Below, one piece after another: positions 7,393 through 15,640 of a DNA stretch of 16,591 bases. The DNA is taken from positions 1 through 16,591 of the forward strand of contig CAZLFW010000013.1 in the NCBI GenBank assembly GCA_964559045.1, written 5' to 3'. The translations under genes and the position numbers were made by a program. Source of the stretch: an uncultured bacterium. Its GTDB lineage: Bacteria; DYJV01. A model generated the notes under the pieces. The model was given only the letters and a program-made list of their open reading frames with translations, ran no database searches and had not been told where the DNA came from. Every line of letters begins with the position of its first letter. Positions within the stretch are counted from its first letter, which is position 1.

Positions 7393-9978
7393 TTACAATG
7401 TTCTCTCTTTTTGCTCGAGTGAGTATGCTTCAATAATGTCGTTTACTTTTAAATCGTTAAAATTGTTAATGCCTATACCGCATTCATATCCAGCCTGAAC
7501 CTCTTTTACGTCGTCTTTGAATCTTTTCAAAGAAGCAAGCTCTCCCTCATGTATTATAATATTATCTCGCAAAAGCCTTATCTTTGAATTTCTGGTTATT
7601 TTGCCGTCCAACACATGACATCCTGCTATTATTCCGACTTTGGGAACGCTGAAAAGCTGTCTAACTTCGGCTCTGCCGTGATAAACTTCTTCGAATTCCG
7701 GAGTAAGCAATCCTTCGAGAGCTTTTTTAATATTATCTATTAAATCGTAAATAATGGAGTATGTTTTTATTTCAATGTGCTCTTGCTCCGCAAGTTTTCT
7801 TGCTTTTGCATCGGGTCTAACATTGAATCCCACTATTACCGCATTGGAAGCCTGAGCAAGAAGCACGTCACCTTCTGTTATCCCTCCAACACCGCTTGCA
7901 ATGATTCTTACTCTCACTTCATTGTTTTTAATTTTTTCAAGAGATGTTTTAATAGCGTCTGCGGTGCCTTGAACATCTGTTTTTACAATAACGTTGAGTT
8001 CTTTTAATTCTCCTTCGAGAATTTGCTTTTGTAAATCTTCAAGAGATATTTTTTGCTGCTGAGAAGAACTTTGCTCTTTTAACTTGTTTATTCTGTGCTC
8101 TATAAGGTCTTTGGCTTCTTTTTCGTTTTTCAAAGCAATAACCACTTCGCCTGCATCGGGAACACCGTTAAAACCGAGAATTTCAACAGGAGTGGAAGGA
8201 GTTGCTTCTTTGATTCTTTTTCCTTTGTAATTGGTCATTGCCCTTACTTTGCAGAAGTATGTGCCTGCAACAAGGCAGTCTCCTATCTTTAAAGTCCCTT
8301 CAGTAACAAGAACAGTTGCCACCGTGCCTCTGCCTTTCTCTATTTTTGATTCTATTATGAAACCCTTTGCATTTTTATTGGGATTAGCCTTTAATTCGAG
8401 GATTTCAGTTTGAAGGAGAATTGACTCGAGAAGCTCCTGTATCCCTTCCCCTGTTTTTGCAGATACTTTTACGCAAATTGTATCTCCTCCGAATTCTTCG
8501 GGAATCAGATTGTATTCCATAAGCTGATTAATTACTTTTTCCGGATTTGCATTGGATTTGTCTATTTTGTTAACAGCAACTATAATGGGAACATCCGCTG
8601 CTTGCGCATGCTGTATTGCTTCAACCGTTTGGGGCATTACTCCGTCGTCTGCTGCAACAATTAGGATTACAATGTCAGTTACCTTTGCACCCCTTGCTCT
8701 CATTGCCGTAAAAGCTTCGTGCCCCGGAGTATCTATAAAAGTTATTTTATTTCCGTCCACTTCAACATGGTAGGCACCAATGTGCTGTGTAATGCCTCCA
8801 GCTTCAGTTGATGTAACGTTTGTTTTTCTGATTCTGTCAAGCAAAGATGTTTTTCCGTGATCAACATGTCCCATCATTGTAACAACAGGGGGTCTTGGCT
8901 GCAAATCTTCCTCATTGTCGGTTTTAGTAATTTTCTCAAGAATTTTTTCTTCTATATTGGAAACTTTTTCAATTTCAAAACCGTATTCATTGGCAAGAAG
9001 AGTGGCTGTGTCAATATCAATGGAATTGTTAATGGTTGCCATAATGCCGTTTGCTATTAATTTTTTGATTAATTCCGAACCTTTAATATTTAAATCTGAT
9101 GCAAGCTGTTTAACTGTAATTTCGTCAGCAGCTATTTTGATTCTTTTTTTAGACTCTTTTACAATGGGTTTGGTGGATACTTTTTTGGCTTTTTCTTTTG
9201 CAGCTCTTTCTTCAGGGGTTAAATTCAAATCATCTATTTTTGAATCGTCCCCAACATCACTTATGCTCACACCTTTGAGTTTTTTCTTTTTGTCAAAAAT
9301 GGTTTTCAGTTTTTTTACTTTTTTTCTCTTAGGTTTAATCTCTTCTTCATCTCTCTTTTTGCCGAATTTTTCTTTTTCTTTAACTTGAGGAGACGAAAAC
9401 TTTTCCTTTGTCTCAATAACTGTTTTTTCTTCTGTTTCTTTTTTAACTTCTTTTTGTTTTTCCGTTTTATCCGGCTTTTTCTTTTCCTCGGTTTTTTTTA
9501 CTTTTTTCTTTGATTGTTCTTTTATTTTTTTTGCAAGTTTTTCCTTAGCTTTTAATATTTCTATCCTCTGTTTTTCGGACTGTTCTTTCTTTTCTTCAAC
9601 TACAGGTTTTTCCTCAACTGTTTTAATCTTTTCTTTTGTCTTTTCAGGTTTCTCCGTTGTTTTTTCCTCTTCAGATGAAACAACTTTTATTTTCTTCTTT
9701 ACGTCCTGTTTTAACGGGGCTTTTTCTTCAGCTTGTTTATCTTCTTTTTTTCTTCTTCTGATAACTGTCTCTCCAACTCTTTTTTCTTCGAAATCTTTAC
9801 CTTCTATTTTAACAATATGCTCTTTTTTGATTTCTTCGGCTATTTCTTCGGTGGACGAATTTGATTCGCGTCTTTTCTTTTCTATTTTTTTTAACATTTC
9901 TTCAGGACTTATACCGACTTCTTTAGCCCAACTAAGAATTTTTTTCATTTCCATTTCCATTGCAGCAAGCCCCCTCAA
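7393..9978 (-). CDS. infB: Translation initiation factor IF-2
   Basis: 861 aa with a long K/E-rich low-complexity N-terminal region. GTPase G-domain ([25 protein letters not shown]) and the C-terminal IF2 domains are present. The true start may be one of the in-frame ATGs at 9960, 9954 or 9948 (MEMEMKK), since 9932-9978 overlaps the upstream gene. Confidence 0.95.
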   Translation of the reverse strand: MRGLAAMEMEMKKILSWAKEVGISPEEMLKKIEKKRRESNSSTEEIAEEIKKEHIVKIEGKDFEEKRVGETVIRRRKKEDKQAEEKAPLKQDVKKKIKVVSSEEEKTTEKPEKTKEKIKTVEEKPVVEEKKEQSEKQRIEILKAKEKLAKKIKEQSKKKVKKTEEKKKPDKTEKQKEVKKETEEKTVIETKEKFSSPQVKEKEKFGKKRDEEEIKPKRKKVKKLKTIFDKKKKLKGVSISDVGDDSKIDDLNLTPEERAAKEKAKKVSTKPIVKESKKRIKIAADEITVKQLASDLNIKGSELIKKLIANGIMATINNSIDIDTATLLANEYGFEIEKVSNIEEKILEKITKTDNEEDLQPRPPVVTMMGHVDHGKTSLLDRIRKTNVTSTEAGGITQHIGAYHVEVDGNKITFIDTPGHEAFTAMRARGAKVTDIVILIVAADDGVMPQTVEAIQHAQAADVPIIVAVNKIDKSNANPEKVINQLMEYNLIPEEFGGDTICVKVSAKTGEGIQELLESILLQTEILELKANPNKNAKGFIIESKIEKGRGTVATVLVTEGTLKIGDCLVAGTYFCKVRAMTNYKGKRIKEATPSTPVEILGFNGVPDAGEVVIALKNEKEAKDLIEHRINKLKEQSSSQQQKISLEDLQKQILEGELKELNVIVKTDVQGTADAIKTSLEKIKNNEVRVRIIASGVGGITEGDVLLAQASNAVIVGFNVRPDAKARKLAEQEHIEIKTYSIIYDLIDNIKKALEGLLTPEFEEVYHGRAEVRQLFSVPKVGIIAGCHVLDGKITRNSKIRLLRDNIIIHEGELASLKRFKDDVKEVQAGYECGIGINNFNDLKVNDIIEAYSLEQKERTL

Positions 9979-10549
9979 ATATGTTTTCTATTGTTTCTAA
10001 CAATCTTAAAATTTTTCTGCCTAACTCCGACTCAACAACTCCAATGAGATTTGCATAATTTCTGCCTGCTATTTCTCCCATTTCGGATTTACTGAAAAAC
10101 TTTTCGTATGTAGCGTCCAAGTTCAACAGATTTTTAACTTTTTTAAAGCTGTTGTCGGATATATCTTTTGCCAAAAAAATTACGCTAAATTTCATATTCT
10201 CTTTTGCAGCTTTAACAAAAGCATCTTGTGTGGCTATCAAACATCCCGCTTTTTTACTTATTCTCAAACCGCTTATAAGCTGCTCAAAAAGATTTTTCTT
10301 TAATGTATCTAAAATTTCATTTTTGTTTAACGTTATATCATTGCTTGTTTTTAACGAGTTTTTTACCGTTTTAACAGTTAACTTGTCAATACATTCAAAT
10401 GTTCTGCATGTGTAAAACCCACGTTTTTCCAATTTGTTGAAAAAATCAATATAAATATTTCCGTTAAGCTCCACATATCTAAACAGTTCATCTTTTTTTT
10501 TATTTTTTCTGCAAACAACGCAAGTTCTGAGAAACTTATTCCTGCTCAA
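9932..10549 (-). CDS. Fusion protein: YlxR/DUF448 RNA-binding domain (N-terminal) + L7Ae/L30e-family K-turn-binding domain (YlxQ-like, C-terminal)
   Basis: 205 aa. N-terminal [20 protein letters not shown]...GRGFYTC is the YlxR/DUF448 zinc-ribbon-like motif. The C-terminal half ([49 protein letters not shown]...[19 protein letters not shown]) follows the L7Ae/YlxQ pattern. It sits between nusA and infB, where B. subtilis has separate ylxR and ylxQ genes. Confidence 0.75.
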   Translation of the reverse strand: MSRNKFLRTCVVCRKNKKKDELFRYVELNGNIYIDFFNKLEKRGFYTCRTFECIDKLTVKTVKNSLKTSNDITLNKNEILDTLKKNLFEQLISGLRISKKAGCLIATQDAFVKAAKENMKFSVIFLAKDISDNSFKKVKNLLNLDATYEKFFSKSEMGEIAGRNYANLIGVVESELGRKILRLLETIENIFEGACCNGNGNEKNS

Positions 10550-11831
10550 CAGTTGTTTCTTCCTTTTCAGTTTCTTCTTTGTTGCTCTCAGATTCTTTCT
10601 GCTCGTTAATTATCGCTTGTGCAGTGTCTATTATTTCATAAGCTTTGTTAACTTCTATTTCGAGAATATCCGCAATATCGTCGGCATCAGCTTCAATTAG
10701 CTCTCCCAAAGTCCTGAAACCTTCGTCGTAAAGAATTCTCATGGTGAGGAAATCTATTTGCAATCTTTCTTTCAAAGGATTGTAAACTTTTTCAAACTCT
10801 TCTTCCGATTGAGACTCACTTTTAATGTCTATTCTGTATCCAGTGAGTTTTGCTGCAAGTTTAACGTTTTGTCCTCTTTTGCCTATGGCAAGAGAAAGAT
10901 TTTCATTAGGCACTATAATTTCCATAACTCTGTTTTCTTCATCAAGGATTATTTTACTTATCTGAGCGGGAGACAATGCATTAATAACAAATTTGGTGGG
11001 ATCAGGGTCCCATCTTACAATATCAATTCTTTCGCCTCCCAGTTCTCTAACTATACCGTTAACTCTGGAACCTCTCACTCCCACACAGGCTCCTACAGGG
11101 TCTATATCAATATTTTTCGAATAAACCGCAAGTTTTGCCCTGTTGCCGGGATCTCTCGCCGCACCTTTGATTTCCACGAGGTTTTCGTATATTTCAGGAA
11201 CTTCAAGCTCAAAAAGCCTCATTAGAAGTTTCGGGTGAGTTCTTGATAAAATTATCTGAGGTCCTTTGGACTCTCTTTTAACGTCAACAATAACCGTTTT
11301 TATCCTTTCTCCCTGTTTGAATCTGTCAGACGGCGACTGCTCCGCCCTTGGTATAATACCTTCGGTTCTTCCGAGATTAATAATAATGTTTCCATGCTCC
11401 GAACGCTGGTAGAAGCCTATAAGAAGTTCTCCTATTCTATCTTTATATTCATTGTATATGGCTTCTTTCTCAGCTTCTCTTATTTTATTGATAATTGTGC
11501 TTTTTGCCTGCTGCACCGCAATTCTGCCGAACTCTTCCGAGTCTATTTTCAAGCCGAGATAATCACCTATTTCAATATCCGGATCTATCTCTTTTGCTTC
11601 GGCATAAGAAATCTCTTTGTATGAATCTCCCACCTTATCCACAACTTCTATAAATTCAAATACTTCCACTTCTCCTGTTTCGTCATTGTATTGAGCTTCA
11701 AGCTCCCTGTCAGGATATTTCTTTTTTGCAGCATTGAGCACTGCTTCTTCAATACCTTTAATAAGATTTGACACATCTATGTTTTTCTCTTTGCTAACTT
11801 GCTCCAATACAAAACTTAGTTTTAGTTTCAT
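10536..11831 (-). CDS. nusA: Transcription termination/antitermination factor NusA
   Basis: 431 aa. N-terminal domain (VLEQVSKEKNIDVSNLIKGIEEAVLNAAKKKY), S1 domain and two KH domains (GACVGVRGSRVNGIVRELGGERIDIV) are present. The acidic C-terminal tail is [13 protein letters not shown]. Confidence 0.95.
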   Translation of the reverse strand: MKLKLSFVLEQVSKEKNIDVSNLIKGIEEAVLNAAKKKYPDRELEAQYNDETGEVEVFEFIEVVDKVGDSYKEISYAEAKEIDPDIEIGDYLGLKIDSEEFGRIAVQQAKSTIINKIREAEKEAIYNEYKDRIGELLIGFYQRSEHGNIIINLGRTEGIIPRAEQSPSDRFKQGERIKTVIVDVKRESKGPQIILSRTHPKLLMRLFELEVPEIYENLVEIKGAARDPGNRAKLAVYSKNIDIDPVGACVGVRGSRVNGIVRELGGERIDIVRWDPDPTKFVINALSPAQISKIILDEENRVMEIIVPNENLSLAIGKRGQNVKLAAKLTGYRIDIKSESQSEEEFEKVYNPLKERLQIDFLTMRILYDEGFRTLGELIEADADDIADILEIEVNKAYEIIDTAQAIINEQKESESNKEETEKEETTVEQE

Positions 11832-11845
11832 TTTATTAAACCTCT

Positions 11846-12310
11846 CTAAAAATTATATATCAATTTGGATTTTTTAATATTTGTCATGGGAACTTCAATA
11901 ACTTCCTTGTCAATTTCAACTGCAACGTATGTGTCTTTAACATGTATCAATTTTCCTTTTAAATTTTTTCTGTTATTTTCAAGCGGCTCTGTTAATGAAA
12001 TTTTAACGGTTTCTCCAACAACTTTTTCAAAATGCTCCTTTTTTCTCAGAGGTCTGTTAACTCCAGGCGAAGAAACTTCCAAAGAATACGAAGGTGCAAT
12101 AAAATCTTCCACGTCAAGAAGCGGACTTATTAAATCGCTTACTTCGGCGCAGTTGTCTATTGTTATGCCGTTTTCTTTGTCAATGTAAATTCTCAAAACC
12201 CATCCTTTGCCGTCCCTTAAAAATTCTATGAGGACAACTTCGTATCCCATGGATTCGAGATAATCTTCCAACAAATCGTATGCTTTTTTTTCAATTGTTT
12301 TTGCATTCAT
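11846..12310 (-). CDS. rimP: Ribosome maturation factor RimP
   Basis: From the internal Met, MNAKTIEKKAYDLLEDYLESMGYEVVLIEFLRDGKGWVLRIYIDKENGITIDNCAEVSDLISPLLD fits the RimP N-terminus. The track ORF extends 27 codons further (to 12391) through a hairpin/U-tract. That extension is probably not translated. Confidence 0.85.
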   Translation of the reverse strand: MNAKTIEKKAYDLLEDYLESMGYEVVLIEFLRDGKGWVLRIYIDKENGITIDNCAEVSDLISPLLDVEDFIAPSYSLEVSSPGVNRPLRKKEHFEKVVGETVKISLTEPLENNRKNLKGKLIHVKDTYVAVEIDKEVIEVPMTNIKKSKLIYNF

Positions 12311-12320
12311 TTTTAACAAT

Positions 12321-12360
12321 AAAAAAAGCGGGCTGTTGACCCACTTCTCCTTTTTTAAGA
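12321..12360 (-). terminator. Leader hairpin + U-tract (attenuator-like) immediately upstream of the rimP start
   Basis: The minus-strand RNA reads AAGUGGG-UCAACAG-CCCGCUU followed by UUUUUUUAUUG (a 7-bp stem including one G.U). The plus-strand equivalent would have a C/A mismatch, so the structure is strand-specific to the rimP leader transcript. It ends ~10 nt before the rimP ATG. Confidence 0.4.
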
Positions 12361-12648
12361 CCAACAAAATATTGTTAAGAAAAATTAACATAGGATTTCA
12401 AAGAAATCAAGTATTTTTTTGAATCGAATGGATTTGCTTTTTTATTTTACAAAAAAAGATAATAGGAACATCTTTCTAATATCAACTGTAAAGAATTTCA
12501 GAAAATATTACGTTAGAGTTTTGATTCAGAAAAATTAAAAAAAGTGGAGATATGAGAGTATAAAATTGTTTTAACCTTGACTTGCAATTTTTTATATGGT
12601 AGCGGATAACAGTTTACGTAACAAGTTTCTATATTTTATTAAAAATTA

Positions 12649-12682
12649 TTGAAAAATTATAATTTTTTTTCAGGAGGATAAA
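12649..12682 (+). promoter_or_regulatory. Candidate promoter -10 (TATAAT at 12658-12663) and Shine-Dalgarno (AGGAGG 12672-12677) for the acyl-CoA cassette
   Basis: There is a perfect TATAAT hexamer 20 nt upstream of the ATG, with no convincing -35. AGGAGG lies 5 nt before the ATG at 12683. The whole 12392-12682 region is an AT-rich divergent intergenic region. Confidence 0.3.
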
Positions 12683-13843
12683 ATGTCTTTAAATTATGAA
12701 CTGTCAGAAGAACAAAATATTTTAAGGCAAAGCGTAAGAAGTTTTGCAGAAAACGTTATTAAGCCCGTTGCCCAGGAGCTTGATGAAAAAGAAGAATTTT
12801 CCGTGGAAATTACCAAGGAAATGGGGAAAATGGGGCTGCTCGGAATGTTTGTTTCTCCCGAATACGGAGGCTCAGGTCTTGATTATGTTTCTTACATTAT
12901 AGCAGTTGAAGAGATTGCAAGAATTGACGGTTCCCATGCAGCTACAATTGCGGCAGGAAACTCTCTCGGAATAGGTCCTATTTATTATTTTGGTAATGAA
13001 GAGCAGAAGAAATACTGGCTTCCTCCTTTGTGTAAAGGTGAAATGCTTGCAGGTTTCGGATTGACAGAGCCCAATGCAGGTTCTGATGCAGGAAACTCTC
13101 AGACAACAGCAGTGCTTGACGGAAATGAGTGGGTTATTAACGGAAGCAAAATTTTTATCACAAATGCTGCTAATGAAATGACAGGAGTTATTATTGTTCA
13201 GGCTGTTACAGGCAAAAGAGACGACGGAAAAAAAGAGATAAGCTGTATTCTTGTTCCTGCTGATGCAAAAGGTTTAACCAAAAAACCGATGAAAGGGAAA
13301 CTTATGTGGAGAGCTTCAAATACAGCCGAGCTCTATTTTGATGATTTGAGGGTTCCGAAAGAGAATATTCTCGGCAAGAGAGGCGAAGGTTTCCATCAGA
13401 TGCTTTCAACCCTTGACGGTGGAAGACTTAGCATTGGTTCAATGGGATTGGGAGGAGCTCAAGGTGCTTTTGAGCTTGCTGTGAGATATGCAAAAGAGAG
13501 AGTTCAATTTGGTCAGCCAATAGCCAATTTTCAAATTAATCAGTTTAAAATTGCAGATATGGCAATGGAGATAGAATTGGCAAGGAATCTGTTGTATAAA
13601 GCATGCTGGCTTAGAGACAACAAAAAGCCTTTTGCCAAACATGCTGCAATGGCAAAGCTTTATTGTTCGGAGGTGATGAAAAGAGTTGCCAATGAAGCTG
13701 TTCAAATTCACGGCGGTTACGGCTTGATGAAAGAGTATAATGTTGAAAGATTTTTCAGAGATTACAAACTGCTTGAAATAGGAGAAGGAACTTCCGAAGT
13801 TCAAAGAATCGTAATTTCAAGATATGTAATGAACGAATATTAA
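12683..13843 (+). CDS. Short-chain (butyryl-CoA-type) acyl-CoA dehydrogenase
   Basis: 386 aa. Collinear with clostridial Bcd: FAENVIKPVAQELDEKEEF, GFGLTEPNAGSDAG, WVINGSKIFITN, TLDGGR and GGYG. The C-terminal catalytic-base region is YKLLEIGEGTSEVQRIVISR. Confidence 0.9.
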   Translation: MSLNYELSEEQNILRQSVRSFAENVIKPVAQELDEKEEFSVEITKEMGKMGLLGMFVSPEYGGSGLDYVSYIIAVEEIARIDGSHAATIAAGNSLGIGPIYYFGNEEQKKYWLPPLCKGEMLAGFGLTEPNAGSDAGNSQTTAVLDGNEWVINGSKIFITNAANEMTGVIIVQAVTGKRDDGKKEISCILVPADAKGLTKKPMKGKLMWRASNTAELYFDDLRVPKENILGKRGEGFHQMLSTLDGGRLSIGSMGLGGAQGAFELAVRYAKERVQFGQPIANFQINQFKIADMAMEIELARNLLYKACWLRDNKKPFAKHAAMAKLYCSEVMKRVANEAVQIHGGYGLMKEYNVERFFRDYKLLEIGEGTSEVQRIVISRYVMNEY

Positions 13844-13866
13844 TTTAATATGGATACTAATTAAAA

Positions 13867-14640
13867 ATGGAAGAACTGATTTTTGAAAAAAAAGGTTATA
13901 TTGCCACTATAACTTTAAACAGACCGAAATTTCTTAATACGTTTACAGACGAACTTGTTGAAAAGTTTCAGAATAATATTGATTTTGTTCGTAAATCCAA
14001 AGATATAAGAGCTGTTTTAATTAAAGCCGAAGGGAAAGCTTTTTGCGCTGGAGTAGATGTAAAAGGGAAAGAGTATAATCCTCTGAACGCAAGGGAATTT
14101 CTTATAAAATTTAATAATATGCTTAACAGTTTGGAGGATTTGCCTCAACCTTCAATTGCGGTTATAAACGGTGTTGCAGTTGCCGGAGGATTTGAGCTTG
14201 CACTTGCCGCTACTTTCAGATTTTCTGTTAAAAATGCGAGGTTCGGATTGCCTGAAGCCAAATTAGGTCTTGTGGCAGCGGGAGGAGCTTCTTTTCGACT
14301 TCCAAGGCTTGTGGGATTTGGCAAAGCTCTTGAAATAGGTTTGACAGGAGAGCTTGTAAACGGAGAAGAAGCTTATAATATGGGGCTTGTTAACAAAGTT
14401 TTTGATAATCTTGAAATTGCAGAAAAGGAAGCAGAGCTCTTTGCTGATAAAATAGCATCAAACGCTCCGTTGGCTGTTTCTTTTCTGAAAAGCGCTTTTT
14501 ATCAAAACATTAACAATCCAGTCAATGTAGCCACATTACTGGAAATTTTATCTGCAAGCGTAAATCATTACAGCGAAGATAAAAAAGAAGGTGTAAAAGC
14601 TTTTTTTGAAAAGAGAAAACCAAAATTCAAAGGATGTTAA
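13867..14640 (+). CDS. Enoyl-CoA hydratase (crotonase superfamily)
   Basis: 257 aa. ATITLNRPKFLNT, the CoA-binding/oxyanion motif KAFCAGVDVKG, and VAVAGGFELALAATFRF then GLPEAKLGL. Both catalytic Glu positions of crotonase are present. Confidence 0.85.
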   Translation: MEELIFEKKGYIATITLNRPKFLNTFTDELVEKFQNNIDFVRKSKDIRAVLIKAEGKAFCAGVDVKGKEYNPLNAREFLIKFNNMLNSLEDLPQPSIAVINGVAVAGGFELALAATFRFSVKNARFGLPEAKLGLVAAGGASFRLPRLVGFGKALEIGLTGELVNGEEAYNMGLVNKVFDNLEIAEKEAELFADKIASNAPLAVSFLKSAFYQNINNPVNVATLLEILSASVNHYSEDKKEGVKAFFEKRKPKFKGC

Positions 14641-14641
14641 T

Positions 14642-15616
14642 ATGAAAATAGGAATAGCAGGTTTTGGTTTTTATCTGCCTGAAAAAGAGATTTCCGTTAA
14701 AGAATTAGGGGAAAAGGCAGGTTTGCCCGAAGTGGTTGTTGGATATATTGGTGCGGAAAAAGTAAGAGAAGCATCGGAAAGCGAGCTTCCTTCGGACATG
14801 GCTGTTAAAGCTGCCATGAATGCAATTGAAAACGCTTCAGTAAATCCTAAAGAAATAGATTTGATTATAAACTGCCCGGCAGGTTTGCAAGATTACGTTT
14901 TGCCACCTGTTAGCGGTAAGATACAACATGAAACAGGAGCATTAAATGCGGTTTGTTTTGACATACAGCAAGGTTGCTGCGGAATGCTTACAGCCCTTGA
15001 AATCGCTTATTCATATATTTTATCAGGTAGATATAACACGGTTTTATTGGTTTCGTCGGATAAATGGAGTGCATATACCGAGCATCATACCGCTGAAGCA
15101 GTTATGTTCGGAGACGGGGCAGGTGCCGCTATAGTGAAAAAAAATACGGAAAATTTTATAATTAAAGACTTTTTATTTAAAACAGCGGGGAAATATTTTA
15201 ATTTATACGGAATAGAAAGAGGAGGAGTAAAAAGTATAGAAAAAGGTGATATTTTTTACAAATGTTTATATCCTGACATTGCAAGGAAAGAGTTTAAAAA
15301 TATTTATATTTCATCGTTTCCCGAAATATCTGAAAAAATATTAAACAAAAACGGATTAAAAAGTGAAAATATCGAATTTCTATCCATGGTAAACGCAAAT
15401 TTAAAACTACTGGAAGTTGTTGCAGGCGAATTAAATATCGACATGTCCCGGACATGCAAAGAGTATCTCGTTAAATACGGGCATGTGGGAGGTTTTGACA
15501 TTTTTTTTAATATTGTCAAAGGAGTTGAAGACGGTAAAATAAACAAAGGAGATACTATTCTTTTGCTTAATGCGGGCATAGGCTTTACTTGGGGGGCATC
15601 TCTCATTCAATATTAA
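14642..15616 (+). CDS. FabH/KAS III-like (thiolase-fold) condensing-enzyme homologue with non-canonical catalytic positions
   Basis: 325 aa from the ATG at 14642, with AAGGA 7 nt upstream. The track start at 14606 is a TTG inside the previous gene. Collinear with E. coli FabH: GxGxYLPEK start, nucleophile Cys in FDIQQGCCG (aligning to AFDVAAACAG), MFGDGAGAA, and C-terminal LLNAGIGFTWGASLIQY. The FabH His244 position (PHQAN) reads MVNAN. The Asn274 position (HGNTSA) reads YGHVGG. Confidence 0.8.
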   Translation: MKIGIAGFGFYLPEKEISVKELGEKAGLPEVVVGYIGAEKVREASESELPSDMAVKAAMNAIENASVNPKEIDLIINCPAGLQDYVLPPVSGKIQHETGALNAVCFDIQQGCCGMLTALEIAYSYILSGRYNTVLLVSSDKWSAYTEHHTAEAVMFGDGAGAAIVKKNTENFIIKDFLFKTAGKYFNLYGIERGGVKSIEKGDIFYKCLYPDIARKEFKNIYISSFPEISEKILNKNGLKSENIEFLSMVNANLKLLEVVAGELNIDMSRTCKEYLVKYGHVGGFDIFFNIVKGVEDGKINKGDTILLLNAGIGFTWGASLIQY

Positions 15617-15640
15617 ATTTATTCTGTTTCGGAGGAAAAA

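Noticed and set aside
7777-9388. Plus-strand ORFs antisense to infB (7777-8007, 8095-8292, 8231-8413, 8552-8773, 8857-9060, 8915-9388)
   Set aside because: They are shadow ORFs of infB. The longest coincides with the K/E low-complexity region, which reads as F/S/L repeats on the opposite strand.
10152-12188. Plus-strand ORFs inside ylxR/nusA/rimP (10152-10415, 10758-11225, 11394-11624, 11865-12188) and 951-1407 inside queA, 1625-1948 inside the SPFH gene
   Set aside because: They are antisense to well-supported conserved genes, with no RBS and no recognisable protein features.
12311-12391. 27-codon N-terminal extension of the rimP ORF (MLIFLNNILLVLKKEKWVNSPLFLLLK)
   Set aside because: It reads through a hairpin/U-tract, has no SD, and has no similarity to RimP. 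The conserved RimP N-terminus begins at the internal Met (12310).
12392-12682. Possible tRNA (metY-like) or riboswitch in the divergent intergenic region upstream of rimP
   Set aside because: There is no GC-rich acceptor/T-arm-like segment and no recognisable riboswitch consensus. The region is uniformly AT-rich, consistent with divergent promoters only.
14606-14641. Extended start (TTG, MKRENQNSKDVN) for the KAS III-like gene
   Set aside because: It lies inside the 3' end of the crotonase gene. The downstream ATG at 14642 has a properly spaced AAGGA and gives the canonical FabH-type MKIGIxGxGxYLPEK N-terminus.
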